Below, in pieces: positions 36,901 through 48,394 of a DNA stretch of 64,000 bases. The notes under the pieces are model-generated. The model was given only the letters and a program-made list of their open reading frames with translations, did no database searches and had not been told where the DNA came from. The first letter of the stretch is position 1; every line of letters begins with the position of its first letter. The position numbers were made by a program, and so were the translations under genes. Location of the stretch: NCBI RefSeq assembly GCF_030684315.1, contig NC_081394.1, forward strand, positions 1,674,001 through 1,738,000. Reading direction: 5' to 3'. The stretch comes from Stegostoma tigrinum. Taxonomy: Eukaryota.

Positions 36901-39900
36901 CAATGAACTGTGGTTGGAGATTCCTCGCATTACGTACAGGGAGACTGGAGACTATCAGTGTGTGGCAGAGAATAAACATGGAGCAGTGGAGAGGTCCATA
37001 ACCATCACTGTAGAATGTGAGGCTACTGTTACATTTGTTCCTTGTTGCAATGTCTTTAGGGGGGCTGTTATCATTGTCTTGTTTCTTCTCTCGATTTCTT
37101 CAAGCCTCCCTCATTCCATGGCTCCAATGCTACCCACCATCCAATTCTTCTTCATCCTTTTCTGCTTTCACCCCCAATTTCTCCAACAATTGTTGCTGAG
37201 ACAAAGGTGGTTTTTCATCTCCATGTCCGCACTTATCTGTCTGTCTCACTTTAACTGGACGTAATGCTCCTTTTTGACTCCTGACCTTCAAATCTTTCTC
37301 TAAGGCACTTGCTTGGCTTGTTCTCTATTGAGGTGAATCTTGGCATCCTCGGCCATACCCACATTTCAAAAACTGTCACCCTCCTCTCATCCACTTTCTT
37401 TAGAATCTGACTCTCAATCCATTAAGTGTGACCCTCCACATTAGTGACCGTACCTGACATTTCCTCAGCTGCAGGCTGATGTTTTCAGATGCTCAGAGTG
37501 AAGCCAGTGGTCGCAGTGCTTGCTGTTATTTTTCTAGTCCTCATGTAACTTTTGATGTTGACTGTTGTGTCAAATATTGAAATTTGACCACTGTCCCAAC
37601 CTTGATATCTCCATTGCCATTTAGAGTCATTATGTTGGCTGTTGCCTCATTCGTATTCAGTTCAAATGTCTCCCTGTGTCTTTTGCCTGGGTCCACCATA
37701 CTCTCCAGTTCCTCATTTATTCCATTTCTGTCTGAGGTATTGTCTGCACACCAGATATTCCACAGCCACATCTTTACAACATTTACAGTGCTTGTGACAG
37801 GGATATGAATATGTGTAAAGACAGATACGGATACTTCAATACAATTTCCTTTCGCAAGTCACTCCTTATATTAACCCTCAGTGGCCAAAAATATCCTTGT
37901 CTGAAGGAGATGACAAACAAGACAACAAGATGTAGGAGTAGAAGTAGTAGTTCAGCCCATCAAGTCTGCTTCTCTGTTTTTCGAGATCGTGGCTGACCTG
38001 AAAATGCTCCAATCCACTTTCCTGCCTTTTCCTCCATAACCCCCGATTCCCTTACCAATTAAAATGCTGTCTATCTTAGCCTTGAATACATGTAATAACC
38101 TGGCCTCAACAGCCTCCAGTGGTAAAGAATTACACAGATTCACTACCCAAAAGAAAAAAAAATCTTGCTCTTATCTGTCCTAACTGGGTAACTCTGTACT
38201 CTAAAATTATGTCCCTCTAGTCCGAGACACTCCCAGAAAGGGAAACAAACTTTCCACATCTATCTTGCCAAGCCCCTCAAGTTTCCTACATGTTTCATTG
38301 AAGGTTGCCTCTCATTCTTTGAAACTCCAGTGTGTACATGCCGAAGCCACCCAACCTCTCCTCATAAGACAATCCGTCCATACCTGGGATCAGTTGAATG
38401 AATCTTCTCTGGACTATCTTCACTGTAACTTTACTGAAATAAGGGGACCAAAACCAAGATAAGGCTCCCGAAACTATTCATTATGTTCTAGATGTGATCT
38501 GACTTTTTTTAATAGTTTCAGCAAACACCCCCACATTTTACTACTCCATTCCTTTTGAAATAAAGAGCAATATTCCATTTTCCTTCCCTATTACATGCAG
38601 AGTTTGGATACTAGTTTGTTTGGAGATGTATACCTGAGTACCTCCAAATCCCGCTGTGTTGTAGCTTTTTGCTTTTTATATGATATTCAGCTCTTCTATT
38701 CTTTCTGCCAAAGTGCACACTCTCACATCTTCTCACATTATGTTCCACCTGCCACATTTTTGCAAACAAGCTTACCCTGTCTGTAAACGTCTGCAGATTC
38801 TTTGTGCTATCTTCACCACTTGCCTTCCCATCTATTCTTACATTGTTCCCAAATTTGGTTACAGTACATTCACCATCATCATGTATTCCATTAACATTTA
38901 TTGTGAATAATTGTGCCCCCAACATTGATCCTTGTGATATTCCACTTGTTATAGACTGCCATGCTCAAAATGCCCCTCTTCATCCTAACTCTCTGTTTTC
39001 TAATAGTTAGCCAGTCCTCTATCCATGCAAATTTATCATCTCCAATACTATGGGCTGTTATCTGCATGAGTGCTATCTCATCATGCACCTTCTGAAAATC
39101 CAAGTGTATTACACCCACTGCTTTTCTTACATCTATTGTACTTGTTACTCCCTCAATGAATTCTGAGATATTTGGTAGACATGATTTCCTCTTCCTTAGG
39201 ACATGGTCATTCTGCTTGATCATTTTTTGTTTGTATTTCTCAATATTCTACCATTACAGCATTTCAAATGGACTTGAACATGTTCCTAATAATGATGTTC
39301 TCTAGGTAGGTCACAGTTATCTAGTATTGGTCTCTTTCCATTTTACAATAAAGGCATTACGTTGGCGGTATTCCTATCCTCTGTAACTTTTCCAGAAAAT
39401 GAGCAAGGGATTTCAGAGCTTAGGGCTGCAGGTAGTTGAAGGTGGATCAATGGATATCAGGAAATACGCAGGAAACCAGAACTGGAGTGTAGAGATCTCA
39501 AAGGATTATGGGGCATGTGGATTCCCTGCTGATGCTCCTCTGCTCTTGTTCCAGATCCCCCACGGGAGACCACAGTGTCCACCAGTGGAGCCTCAGGTGG
39601 GATCAGAGAGGGACACAATGTCACATTAACTTGCTCCAGTGAGAGTGTCCCACCGATATCTCATTACACTTGGTTCAGGGTCAAGGGAAACACCAGCACC
39701 CGGTTAAACTCAAGCAGCCAGATTCTCTCCTTCACTCCAGTGACTCGGGGAAATGATGCAGGTTTCTACTGCACAGTGACAAACCCACTGGGTAACAGCA
39801 GCTCCAGCATGACCCACCTGAATGTAGAATGTAAGTTTTTTTCTGTCTGCCTGCCTCTTAACACTCGGGGTATCTGTGTGGGAACCACTTACTGACTGTA

Positions 39901-42900
39901 CTTTAGATGAGAGTAACCTCACTGCAAGAACCTTGCCCTCACTGAGATACAGAGAGCGATACCAGGATTGGCGACGAACAGCTCAAAGAGGGATGGTTTT
40001 AAGTGGTATCTTCAATGACAACATAGAGACAGAGAGAATAGTGGAGAGGTTTAGAAGGGAAATAATTAGCCTAAGGGTCACGGCAGCTGAAGACCTGGCT
40101 GACGGATGGAAATCAGAGGATGCTTGAGAAGCCGCAATTAAAGGAGGCAAAGGGACCTCAGAGGGTTGAGGGGAACTGGAGGATGTTACAGAGATAGGGC
40201 GGGGATGTAGGGGCTGGAGGAGATGACAGATCGGGAGGCGTTTGGGGTCTGGAGGAGATTACAGAGATAGGGAGGGTATGTAGGGGTTGGAGGAGTTAGA
40301 CATAGGGAGGGGTTTAGGGGCTGAAGGGGGTTACACAAATAGAAGGGGTGTAAAGGCTGGAGGTGGTTACAGAGATAGGGAGGGGGTGTAGGGGCTGGAG
40401 GTGTTACAGAGATAGGGAAGGGTGTAGAGGCGGGAAGTGTTACAGAGATGGGGAGGGGTGTGTTCAGATGAGGGAAGGGGCTAATGGTTGAACAGGACTG
40501 GAATAGCTAGATGACTGACTGGCCAGGAGGGCATTGTGATGATGCTCAGTAATAGCAGGAACTGTGACCATTGGCAAGTGTTTTAATGTTACGGTTCTAT
40601 CGTACGGCCCAACTCTGCTACTCTTGACTAATTGCTGCTCTTCCCACCTCAGATAAGCCAGAAATTTCCCAGGCGTCGAAATGTGCTCAGCGGGCAGAGG
40701 GGATCACCTGTGTCTGTGCAGTCAATTCCAACCCTCCTGGAGACCTCACCTGGCACCTGCCTCATACCAACCTCAGCGGTAACCAAACACAGGGAGGTTT
40801 TGTGTCGCTGCAGCTCAGAGAGGGACATCTGGTAACAGGCTCCCTGTTCCTGACAGGACCCCAGGATGATGAGGAAGTGACGGTATCCTGCTCAGTTCGA
40901 AACCTACATGGGACAGCCACGTTCAAGGTCTATCAGGTCAAAGGTGGGCTCAATCTGGGGAGGCGATGGCCCAGTGGTATTATAGCTACTGTTAATCCAG
41001 AGACCCAGATAACATTCTGGGGCCTGGGTTCAAATCCCACATGGCAGATGGTGGAATTTGAATTCAATAAATGTCTGGAATTAATAATCTAATGATGACC
41101 ATGAATCGTCAGGGAAAAACCCATCTGGTCCACTGATGTCCTTTAAGGAAGGAAACTGCCATCCTTACCTGGTCTGGCCTACATGTGACTCCAGACCCAC
41201 AACAATGTGGTTGACTCTCAACTGCCCTCTGCGCAATTAGGGATGGGCAATAAATGCTGGCCAGGCCAGTGATGCCCTCATCCTGTAAATGAATGAAGAA
41301 AACAAAAATCTCTGTTTGACACCCTCAACTCTAGAATCCTCTACTTCTTTTAGATGTTCTTTCCTACTGGCTCTTTCACCAACGCATCCTCATGATAAAG
41401 ATAGCACTGGATACAATTTGAGTCAAGCCATTGAGGGGAAAATGTCAAGCACTTTCTTCACACAAATAGGGGTTGGAAATCTGGAACTCTAACCATCATA
41501 TCCCCCGTCCCCAAAAAAGTCTTTCATTGCGAATAAATATGGATGAGTCAAATGTAACTACTGCCAATAATTTAGAAGTGTAATCGGTGATTTTATTGAA
41601 GTTTTGATGATATTGAGGTGACCAGAAGTAGGTGAATTAAGAGAAACTGTTCCCGTTGACATGATATCCAGGACTTAGGCAGTCTAAACATTGGAATAGG
41701 CCCTTAAGCAGTGAAATGTGGAAGCACTTCTGCACACACACTCTGGTCAAAGTTTGGAACTTCCTTCCAAAATTGGCGATTGGTCCATTGTTAATTACCT
41801 CAGCCACTGAAGATTAGTGAAGGTAATGATTTATCTAGACTCAAAACACTAGTTTACTGTCTCTCTGTGGATGCTGCCTGATCTGCTATGATTTCCAGTA
41901 TTTTTTGTTTTCAGTAATGATTCCTCTTGATTGTTAATCTGTGAGTTTGTAAACTAAATTTCTCAAATGCGAAGGGAGGAATGTTGATCAAAATCTGACA
42001 CATAAGCTTATTGTTTCCTTAGGTTTATAAATTGACGCATAACATATAAAAGTAAGGAAGTGATACTACACTTCTACAAATCATTGGAGTATTGTGATCA
42101 TTTATGCGCACTTTAAGAAATAATGTTCAAGCCCTGGAGAGAGTTCAAAGGAGATTTACCAAAATGATACCCGGAATGAGCAATTTTTGATACAAGGAAA
42201 GATTAGAGAAATTGAGCTCATTCTCGTTGGAACAGAAAGAATTTAAGAGGTGACCTTACCAGGGTGTTCAAAATTACAAACAACTTTGACAGGGTAAAGG
42301 AGGATAAACTTTCTGCCAGATGATATGGCAGTAATTATGAGTCACAATTTTACGATTATCAGCAAGAGAGTTACAGGTGAGAAGAGGAGGAATTTCTTGA
42401 TTCAGAGAGCTGTTAGGATTTGGTATGTTCAGCTGGAGAGAGTGGTGGAGGCAGATTTCATAGGACCTTTCAAAAGAGAGTTGTAAGACAACAAGGAGAA
42501 GGGGAGCAGTCAACACAGGACTGAAAGAGTTGTACATTAATGCAGATGATGTATGAAACAAACCAAATGAACCTGTTGGTGCAGATTTAAATTGGCAGGT
42601 ACAATCATGTAGGTATGAAGTTAATCAGGTTTGGGAACTAAGGAGACAAGTCTTATCGAAAGGACAAGGCAGAAGGACAGAGAAGGTGGGTTGCCTAGTT
42701 TGTAAGGAATGAAATTACATCGATAGCAATAAATGATATGGGGTTGGAAAACGTGGAATTTGCGTTAAATTGAACTTAAAGTTGAGAAACTGCCAATGAA
42801 ATGAGTCCCCGATGGGAGTTATGTAGAGGCCAGAATTCCTTTCAAAAATCAGGATGTAGGGAAGAAAATAAATCAGGAGATAGATAAGGCGTGAAGAAAG

Positions 42901-43672
42901 GCCCTACTGCAATAATCATGGGGGACTTCAATGCACAGTTGGACGGGGTAAATCAGGTTGGCCGCGGATCTCAAGAAATGGAGTTTGTGGAATGTCTATG
43001 TGATGGTAGTTTTGAAGAAAACAGGCACTCCTGGATTTGGGTGTAATGAGGCAGACTTGATGACAGGAGCTGGAGGCGAAGGAACCCATAAGGGCCAGTC
43101 ACCATAGTATGACAGAATTCACGCTGCAGTTTAGTGAGGGAGAAGTCTGAATCACGTGTCATGGTATTACAACTGAGTAAAGGTAGCTACAAAGACCTGA
43201 GGAAGGAGCTGGCCAGTGTTGATCGGAAGGGGAGCCTAGCCAGGAAGATGGTATGAGTTTCTGAGGTTAATTTGGGAGGCCCAACAGAAATTCATTCCAA
43301 GGAAGAGGAAACATATTAACAGAGGACAAAGCAACCATGGCTAACAGGGCAAGTCAGGAATAACAAAACTGCACAAGAAAAATCATACAATATGATGAAG
43401 ATTAGTGGGGAACTGGAGGATTAGGAAACCTTTAAAAACCAACAGAGGACTACTAAAAAAGCAATAAGGTGGGAGAAGGTGAGATATGATGGTAAATTAC
43501 CTAGTAATATTTAGATATATAAAAATTAAGAGAGAGCCAAGAGTGACATTGAACCACTGGATAATGAGGCTGGAGAAATAGTGATATGGAACAAAGAAAT
43601 GGCAATGGAACTGAATAGGTACTTTGCATCAGTTTTCCCAGTGAAAGACACCAACAGCATACCAGGATTTTG

Positions 43673-43726
<54 letters not shown>

Positions 43727-46700
43727 GGGGGGGGTGGTTGGGGCAGGGGGGTGCGGGTGGTAGGGAAGAGGTGAGTGTAGTGGCCATCATTAAGGAGGAG
43801 GTGCTGGGGAAGCTGAAAGGTCTGAAGGTGGATAAATAATCTGGACCAGATGGTCTGTACCCCAGTGTTCAGAAGGAGATAGTTGAGGAGATTGTGGAGG
43901 GATTGATGATGAGCTTTCAGTAATCATTGGAGTCGGGGAGGGTCCCAGGGGACTGGAAAGTGGCTCATGTAACCTCACCCACTTGTTTAAGAAACAAGGA
44001 AGACCGAAGGCCAGCCTGACCTTGGTCATTGGTAAGATTTTAGACTCTATTACTAAGGATGTAATGCAAAGTACTTGGTCGTACGTGGCAAAATAGGACT
44101 TAATCAGCACAGCTTCGTCAAGGGAAGGCCATGTCTGAGAAATCTGTTGGAATTCTTTGAACAAGGAATGAACAAATTAGAGTAAAGGAGAGCCAATGGA
44201 AGTGATTTATTTGGATTTCCAAAAGGCCTTTGACAGGAGGCTGCTGAATATGATAAGATAAGAGCCCATGGTGTTAGGGACATGGCACAGCATGGATAGC
44301 AGTACAGAGGTGTACTGCTGACGCTGTGTACTGCTGACGCTGTGACTGGCTAGCAGAGACAGAGGGTGCAGATAAATCGGTCTTTATCAGGACAGCAGCA
44401 GGTGACTAGTGGAGTACTACAGGGGTCAGTGTTGGGACCACAACTATTTATGCCATGTATTAGTGATTGGGATGAAGGAACTGAGTGCACTTTTGCTCCA
44501 TTTGTAGATGACACAAAGATAGGTGGCGGCACAGGCAGGGTTGAGGAAGTGGGGAGGCTGTGGAAGAATTTGGACAGGCCAGGAGAGTGGACAAAGAAGT
44601 GGCAGATGGAATACAATTGGGGAAAGTGTGAGGTTGTGCACTTTGTTAGGAGAAACAGAGGTGTGGACTATTTTCCAAATGGGGAATCACTTTGGAAATC
44701 TGAAGCACAAATGTACTGAGGAGTCATTGATCAGGAGTCTCTAAGGTTAACGTGCAGATTCAGTTGGCAGTTAGGGAGGTAAATGCAATGTTAGGATTAA
44801 TTTTAAGAGCGTTAGAAGAGCAGAGGTGTACTGCTGACGCTGTATAGGATTTGGTCACACCATTTCGAATATAGAACATATTTGGAATATTATGAACAAT
44901 TTTGGCCATGTATCTAAGGACGAATGTGCTGCTGTTTGAGGGGGTTGATGTAGGGGATGACAAGTTTATCATATGAGGAATGGATACTGGATCTGTACTC
45001 AATGGAGTTTAGAGGGATCTGATTGAAACTTACAGAATGCTGAGAGGCCTGGATAGAGTGGAAGTCAAGAAGATATTTCCACCAGTGGGACAGACTGCGA
45101 CCGGACAGCACAGCCTCAAGAGTGAAGGGATGACCCTTCAGAATGGATAATGAGGAGGAATTTCTTCGTCCAGATGGTAGTTAATCTGTGGAACTCATTG
45201 CCACAGAGGGCTCTGGAGATCAAGTCATTGAGTGTATTTGAGACAGAGATAGATAGGTTATTGATTAGTAAGGGGATCAGGTGTTATGAAAAGAAGGCTG
45301 GGCAATAACGTTGAGAAACATATCAGCCATGATCGAATGGTGGCACAGGGCCATCAGGCTAAATAGCCGAATCTTGCTCCTATGTCTTATGATCTGATGA
45401 TCTACCAGTCAGTCCCGGATGTTTCAATAAGGTTGTTTCTCATTCTTTGAAACTCCAGTGAGTAAAGGCCCAACTTATGCAGCTTCTCCTCATAAGACAA
45501 TCCCTCCATATCACGTATCAGCCAAGTGAACCTTCGCTGGACTGCCTACAGTTCCGGTCTGCCTTTCCTCAGATAAGAGGACCGAAGCAGCACATTGTAT
45601 TCCACCTAGGATCTGCCAAGTGCCTTCTATAGTTTTAGTAAAACCTCCCAACTCATACACTCCATTCTCTTTAAAATGAAGGCCAACATTCCATTTACCT
45701 TCACCTGTTACCTGGTGAACTTGGATGCGAACTGAAATAAGGCTGTCAGTTTGTGGACAGCAAGATCCCAAAGCAACAACGTGATAATGAGCTGACAACC
45801 AATTGCTTTAGTGAGCTTGTTTGTTGCACGGACAAAGATGGCAAGGTGGGTCACTAATGTCCCATTCGTGAAGGGAATCGGCTGTTTTATTCCAGTCTAT
45901 ATGTACAGGCAACTCGTCTCAAACTCCAGTGAGGCTACCTCATAGTGCTCCTCTGAACTCGCCTGTCAGTTTGTGTGGTTCAGGAAAACACCACCACGCC
46001 ACCTTCTCAAGGGGCAATAAATGCCAACGTTTCTCGAGAATAACTGTTTAAATGTGGAGTGAATTGTTCCTCAATATACAGCAGGCCATTGTTCCAAAAT
46101 GATAGCACAGTATTATTGGTTACTTTTTCAGGCAGAGACTACAATAATTGGACATTGGGATTCATCATGACTGGAAGTGTGTTAAGTGTTTTCCTGGCTG
46201 GAATCTTATTCTTTCTCTGTGCGCGCAAGTAAGTGTGAATGCTTCATTTGATTTCACTCTGAATATTCAGTTCCACTTTCTTCTCTATAGCTGGTAACTG
46301 TTCCCTTGGGTTGAGGCAGCAGACACTTCTGTAAGTGGTCTCCATGTCCCTATGACCCAGGGAGGGCCTTTCATTGTGCATCCAGATGAATAACTACGAG
46401 TTGTTGTGATCTAGAACACGCTGCCTGATAGGGAGGTGGGAGCGGATTCAACAGGAACTTCCAAACGTGTAACTGTGTCTCTGCTGCACTGACTCTCTGA
46501 TGTACAGTAACCACACTGAAATATTGTGTTCTTGCAGGAGAAAGACAGCAACTGAGGTGACAGCTTCAAAGACCAATGATGTTGCAGTGACCTACAGTCA
46601 AATCACTGTGAAGTGCAAGGTGCAGAAATTTTTGACTCATTCCAAACCATCTACTTCAGCATGTCCCTGACAAACAGTTAACCACTGATTCTCATCTCTG

Positions 46701-47444
46701 GAGACAACACTCGCTGAGTCAATTGTGCTGTCTCTCTGAATCAGGCTGAACATAACATCAGAGAATTGTACTGTCAGTGGGTCAGTGCTGAGAGAGCCCC
46801 ACACTGTCAGACGGTCGGTGCTGAGGGAGCGCTGCACTGTCAGAGGGTCATTGCTGAGAGAGCACCGTACTGTCGGACGGTCAGTGCTGAGGGAATGCCG
46901 CACTGTCAGAGGGTCAGTGCTGAGGGAGCGCTGCACTGTCAGAGGGTCAGTGGTGGGAGAGTGCCGCATTTTTATTCTGTCCTTCAGATGAGTTGTTAAA
47001 CTGACAGTGTTTTCTATCAGGTAGATGTGAACTATGAACTTAATTTTTGTGATTATGATTCAGGCTCATAACTTTAGCCTTCAAGATATGAAAGAGAGTG
47101 TTAATCCCACTAAACCATGACTGATTCCCTTGAGACTGTGCAATAATTTAAACCTATCCCTGCCGGTAAATGATGTGAGATCGTCTTCTGTTTTCTTTTC
47201 TCTGCAGGGTTCCCAAAACATGGTAGTTACTGACTCTCAGAGCACAACCAGGGACACAACTAGAGATGAGGGGACACCAGCTCCCTGGGATGAGGGCCCA
47301 GTGAGAGGAGATGCTGTACAACCCAAGAGAACTGAGGACCTTGTCTATGCCAACATCACCTTCTCAAAGCCATCTCACCATGACAGGACTGTGCACAGGG
47401 GCATGGATATAGAATACGCGGAGATCAGATTCCATACAAACTGA
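18888..47444 (+). CDS. Gene A: MAG/CD33-related-like inhibitory Siglec (leader-V-5xC2-TM-3 Tyr motifs), spliced; 748 aa if the V2 exon is skipped
   Basis: Coding exons 18888-18927, 22987-23352, 33104-33397, 33907-34188, 36735-37016, 39555-39830, 40653-40943, 46132-46228, 46538-46619, 47208-47444 all have AG/GT boundaries with compatible phases (sum 2247 nt). Siglec-type V domain (CxxIPC, E-strand GDCSL, no F-strand Cys); MAG-like last Ig domain (SKC..CVCAVNSNPP); C-terminal EYAEIR as in L-MAG and CD33-related Siglecs. Confidence 0.9.
18990..19325 (-). mobile_element. tRNA-derived SINE (family also at 22085-22400 -, 25085-25413 -, 40957-41295 +)
   Basis: Head ggaggc.atgg..tag, B box ggttc.aatccc, tail gggcaataaatgctg. 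Confidence 0.8.
19572..20775. mobile_element. Rearranged Neptune-type element with internal inversion
   Basis: 19572-20095 reads on - (pLTR plus linker); 20096-20775 reads on + (RT: MGTRMGPSYA, RYIDDCIG). Confidence 0.85.
22987..23352 (+). CDS. Gene A V-set Ig exon V1
   Basis: tttctctccccag acceptor, TCTG|GTAAGC donor, 366 nt phase 1-1; GSCAQIPC...GVWYY...LSGDLQDGDCSLIINNITREDAGYYYFK. Confidence 0.92.
23462..24693. mobile_element. Fold-back Neptune Penelope insertion; 564-bp inverted arms; TSD CCTGTTACAACTCAG(TG)
   Basis: Arms 23496-24059 and 24131-24694, no indels, about 6 mismatches; TSD 23447-23463 and 24694-24710. Confidence 0.95.
24601..24632 (+). ncRNA. Minimal hammerhead ribozyme motif (mirror copy 23558-23589 on -)
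   Basis: CU-CUGAUGA-A-GGGUC-UA-GGCCC-GAAAC-GUC-AG. Confidence 0.75.
26840..27660 (+). mobile_element. Decayed CR1 3' fragment
   Basis: FNLDKC, VVKKAF.ML, VRPHLEYCVQF and 3' UTR. Confidence 0.85.
28753..29107 (+). pseudogene. Gene A second V-set exon V2, frameshifted near its 3' end
   Basis: Paralogue of V1 with intact acceptor (ttctttgcccag) and donor (TCTG|GTGAGT), but 355 nt long; the terminal TWLHVS is in a different frame (about 14 nt missing relative to V1). Confidence 0.8.
29940..30600 (+). mobile_element. Solo-LTR-like repeat
   Basis: Homologous to 7356-7725; contains AATAAA. Confidence 0.5.
33104..33397 (+). CDS. Gene A C2-set Ig domain 2 exon
   Basis: DFTDKPMI...RCTFNTTC...LTW...HHGQTLTCRV; extra Cys typical of Siglec domain 2; 294 nt, phase 1-1, donor GTAAGT. 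Confidence 0.92.
33405..33700 (+). repeat. 33-bp minisatellite (reverse copies at 46770-46965 and 52425-52725)
   Basis: About 8 units of tcagcactgaccctccgacagtgcggcgctccc. Confidence 0.9.
33907..34188 (+). CDS. Gene A Ig domain 3 exon
   Basis: EGESAVIICSVESFPASNLMW...DTGDYQCVAENEHG; 282 nt, phase 1-1, donor GTGCGT. Confidence 0.9.
36370..36502. repeat. Compound (CA)/(CT) microsatellite
   Basis: Direct inspection. Confidence 0.9.
36735..37016 (+). CDS. Gene A Ig domain 4 exon (duplicate of domain 3)
   Basis: About 76% aa identical to the previous exon by manual count; 282 nt, phase 1-1, donor GTGAGG. Confidence 0.9.
37030..37860 (-). mobile_element. Ancient RTE-like LINE fragment, shared with the pseudogene intron (8300-9180)
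   Basis: CADN...ELNTNE...KFQYL and FEMWVWPRM motifs on the reverse strand. Confidence 0.55.
37920..39400 (-). mobile_element. Decayed CR1 RT fragment
   Basis: KSCL.N..EF, LDFQK, LGAQLFTINVN, KFG(D)N. Confidence 0.85.
39555..39830 (+). CDS. Gene A Ig domain 5 exon
   Basis: YPPRETTV...EGHNVTLTCSSESVPPISHYTWF...DAGFYCTVTNPLG; 276 nt, donor GTAAGT. Confidence 0.9.
40170..40460. repeat. Degenerate 38-bp G-rich minisatellite
   Basis: Same unit as 63745-64000. Confidence 0.8.
40653..40943 (+). CDS. Gene A membrane-proximal Ig domain 6 exon (MAG domain-5-like)
   Basis: YKPEISQASKCAQRAEGITCVCAVNSNPPGDLTW...VTVSCSVRNLHG; 291 nt, donor AAG|GTGGGC. Confidence 0.88.
41950..45720. mobile_element. Cluster of CR1 fragments, including a long decayed ORF2 (about 42560-45400, +) with (TG)n at 43675-43722
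   Basis: IIMGDFN endonuclease motif, SGVLQGSVLGPQLF, FVDDTK; a - strand fragment at 45420-45720. Confidence 0.85.
46132..46228 (+). CDS. Gene A transmembrane exon
   Basis: tactttttcag acceptor; GRDYNNWTLGFIMTGSVLSVFLAGILFFLCARK; AA|GTAAGT phase 2; no charged residue in the TM. Confidence 0.88.
46538..46619 (+). CDS. Gene A cytoplasmic exon 1 (VTYSQI)
   Basis: Phase 2-0 exon RKTATEVTASKTNDVAVTYSQITVKCK; acceptor ttcttgcag, donor AAG|GTGCAG. Confidence 0.8.
47208..47444 (+). CDS. Gene A terminal exon (LVYANI, IEYAEI)
   Basis: Long pyrimidine tract ttttcttttctctgcag; phase 0; ends EDLVYANITF...DIEYAEIRFHTN*. Confidence 0.9.
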   Translation, partial: GSQNMVVTDSQSTTRDTTRDEGTPAPWDEGPVRGDAVQPKRTEDLVYANITFSKPSHHDRTVHRGMDIEYAEIRFHTN

Positions 47445-48394
47445 GACAGAAACAGGGAGAGTGGTCCGAGGGGCTTGTGCAGCCATACAGTTAAATAATT
47501 ATGAAAAGAAAATGATGTTGCTTTATTTTGTTTTGAGATCTGAACAAGCCCTTTCCATAATGCACCTTCTAAACACTGAGAAACTGCTCAAAGTCTTTGG
47601 CTTTTGTACACACATGATTAAACTGCTGAAACACTTCTGTGCACATGGATTTAGCATAAATTCTATACCCTGGAGAATAATTTTTGTCTCCAAAACTAAT
47701 GCTGGCTGTTACCATACTCCCTTCCTGTTCGCTAAATTCTGACAGAAATAACTGCGCAGGCTGACCTTATTAAAATTACTATGTCGCTGTTCCCTGCGGG
47801 GATCTAGGCATGTCCTTCCTCTTGTCGCCTCTCAGGCAAATCGTGTACCAAACCATAACCTGCATCTTGCGCCTGGAGCGTCTCGGAAGAAATCCATTCC
47901 CTGCTCAAGCAATAAAGGTGTTGAGGAAGCAGCATCCACAATGTTCATCTCAGACTTCGAGATTTCTTTAATGCTGGATGGTGAGGGAGAGCACTCAGAT
48001 TCCAACAGCCTTTCCGGCTGTTTGGAGGGGCTGGGTATGTTTGGCTCCTGCTCAGTTGGTGAGTTTGCAGCTTTTGTGTGGTCTAGGTGCTTGTTCAGCA
48101 TTGCCTCGCCTGCCGAAACTTTGTACGTCACGGCACATGACCTCACATTGACCTTGTCCCTTAACCAGGCCAGGCCATTTCTATGGTTTCAATACCAAAC
48201 ATCATCCCCTGAAGTAAACCGTCTCTCTCCCTTAGATGAGTCTTAGTATCCGGCATTGGCATTCCTGATGTCATTTCACTATCTCTCCCAGGTCCTAGCA
48301 GATCAGATTTCATCTGTTGTGGCATCTCCTCCCCCATCAGCAACTCTGCTGGAGCTATTCCTAGTATTATGTGAGGGGTAATCTGATAATCAGA

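Noticed and set aside
37017-37264. Hydrophobic read-through after Ig domain 4 as an alternative TM
   Set aside because: Antisense of an old LINE fragment; the GTGAGG donor is good; no support without transcripts.
18888-47444. Naming gene A as MAG or CD22
   Set aside because: Domain count, lost Arg and tail motifs fit neither cleanly; a phylogeny is required.
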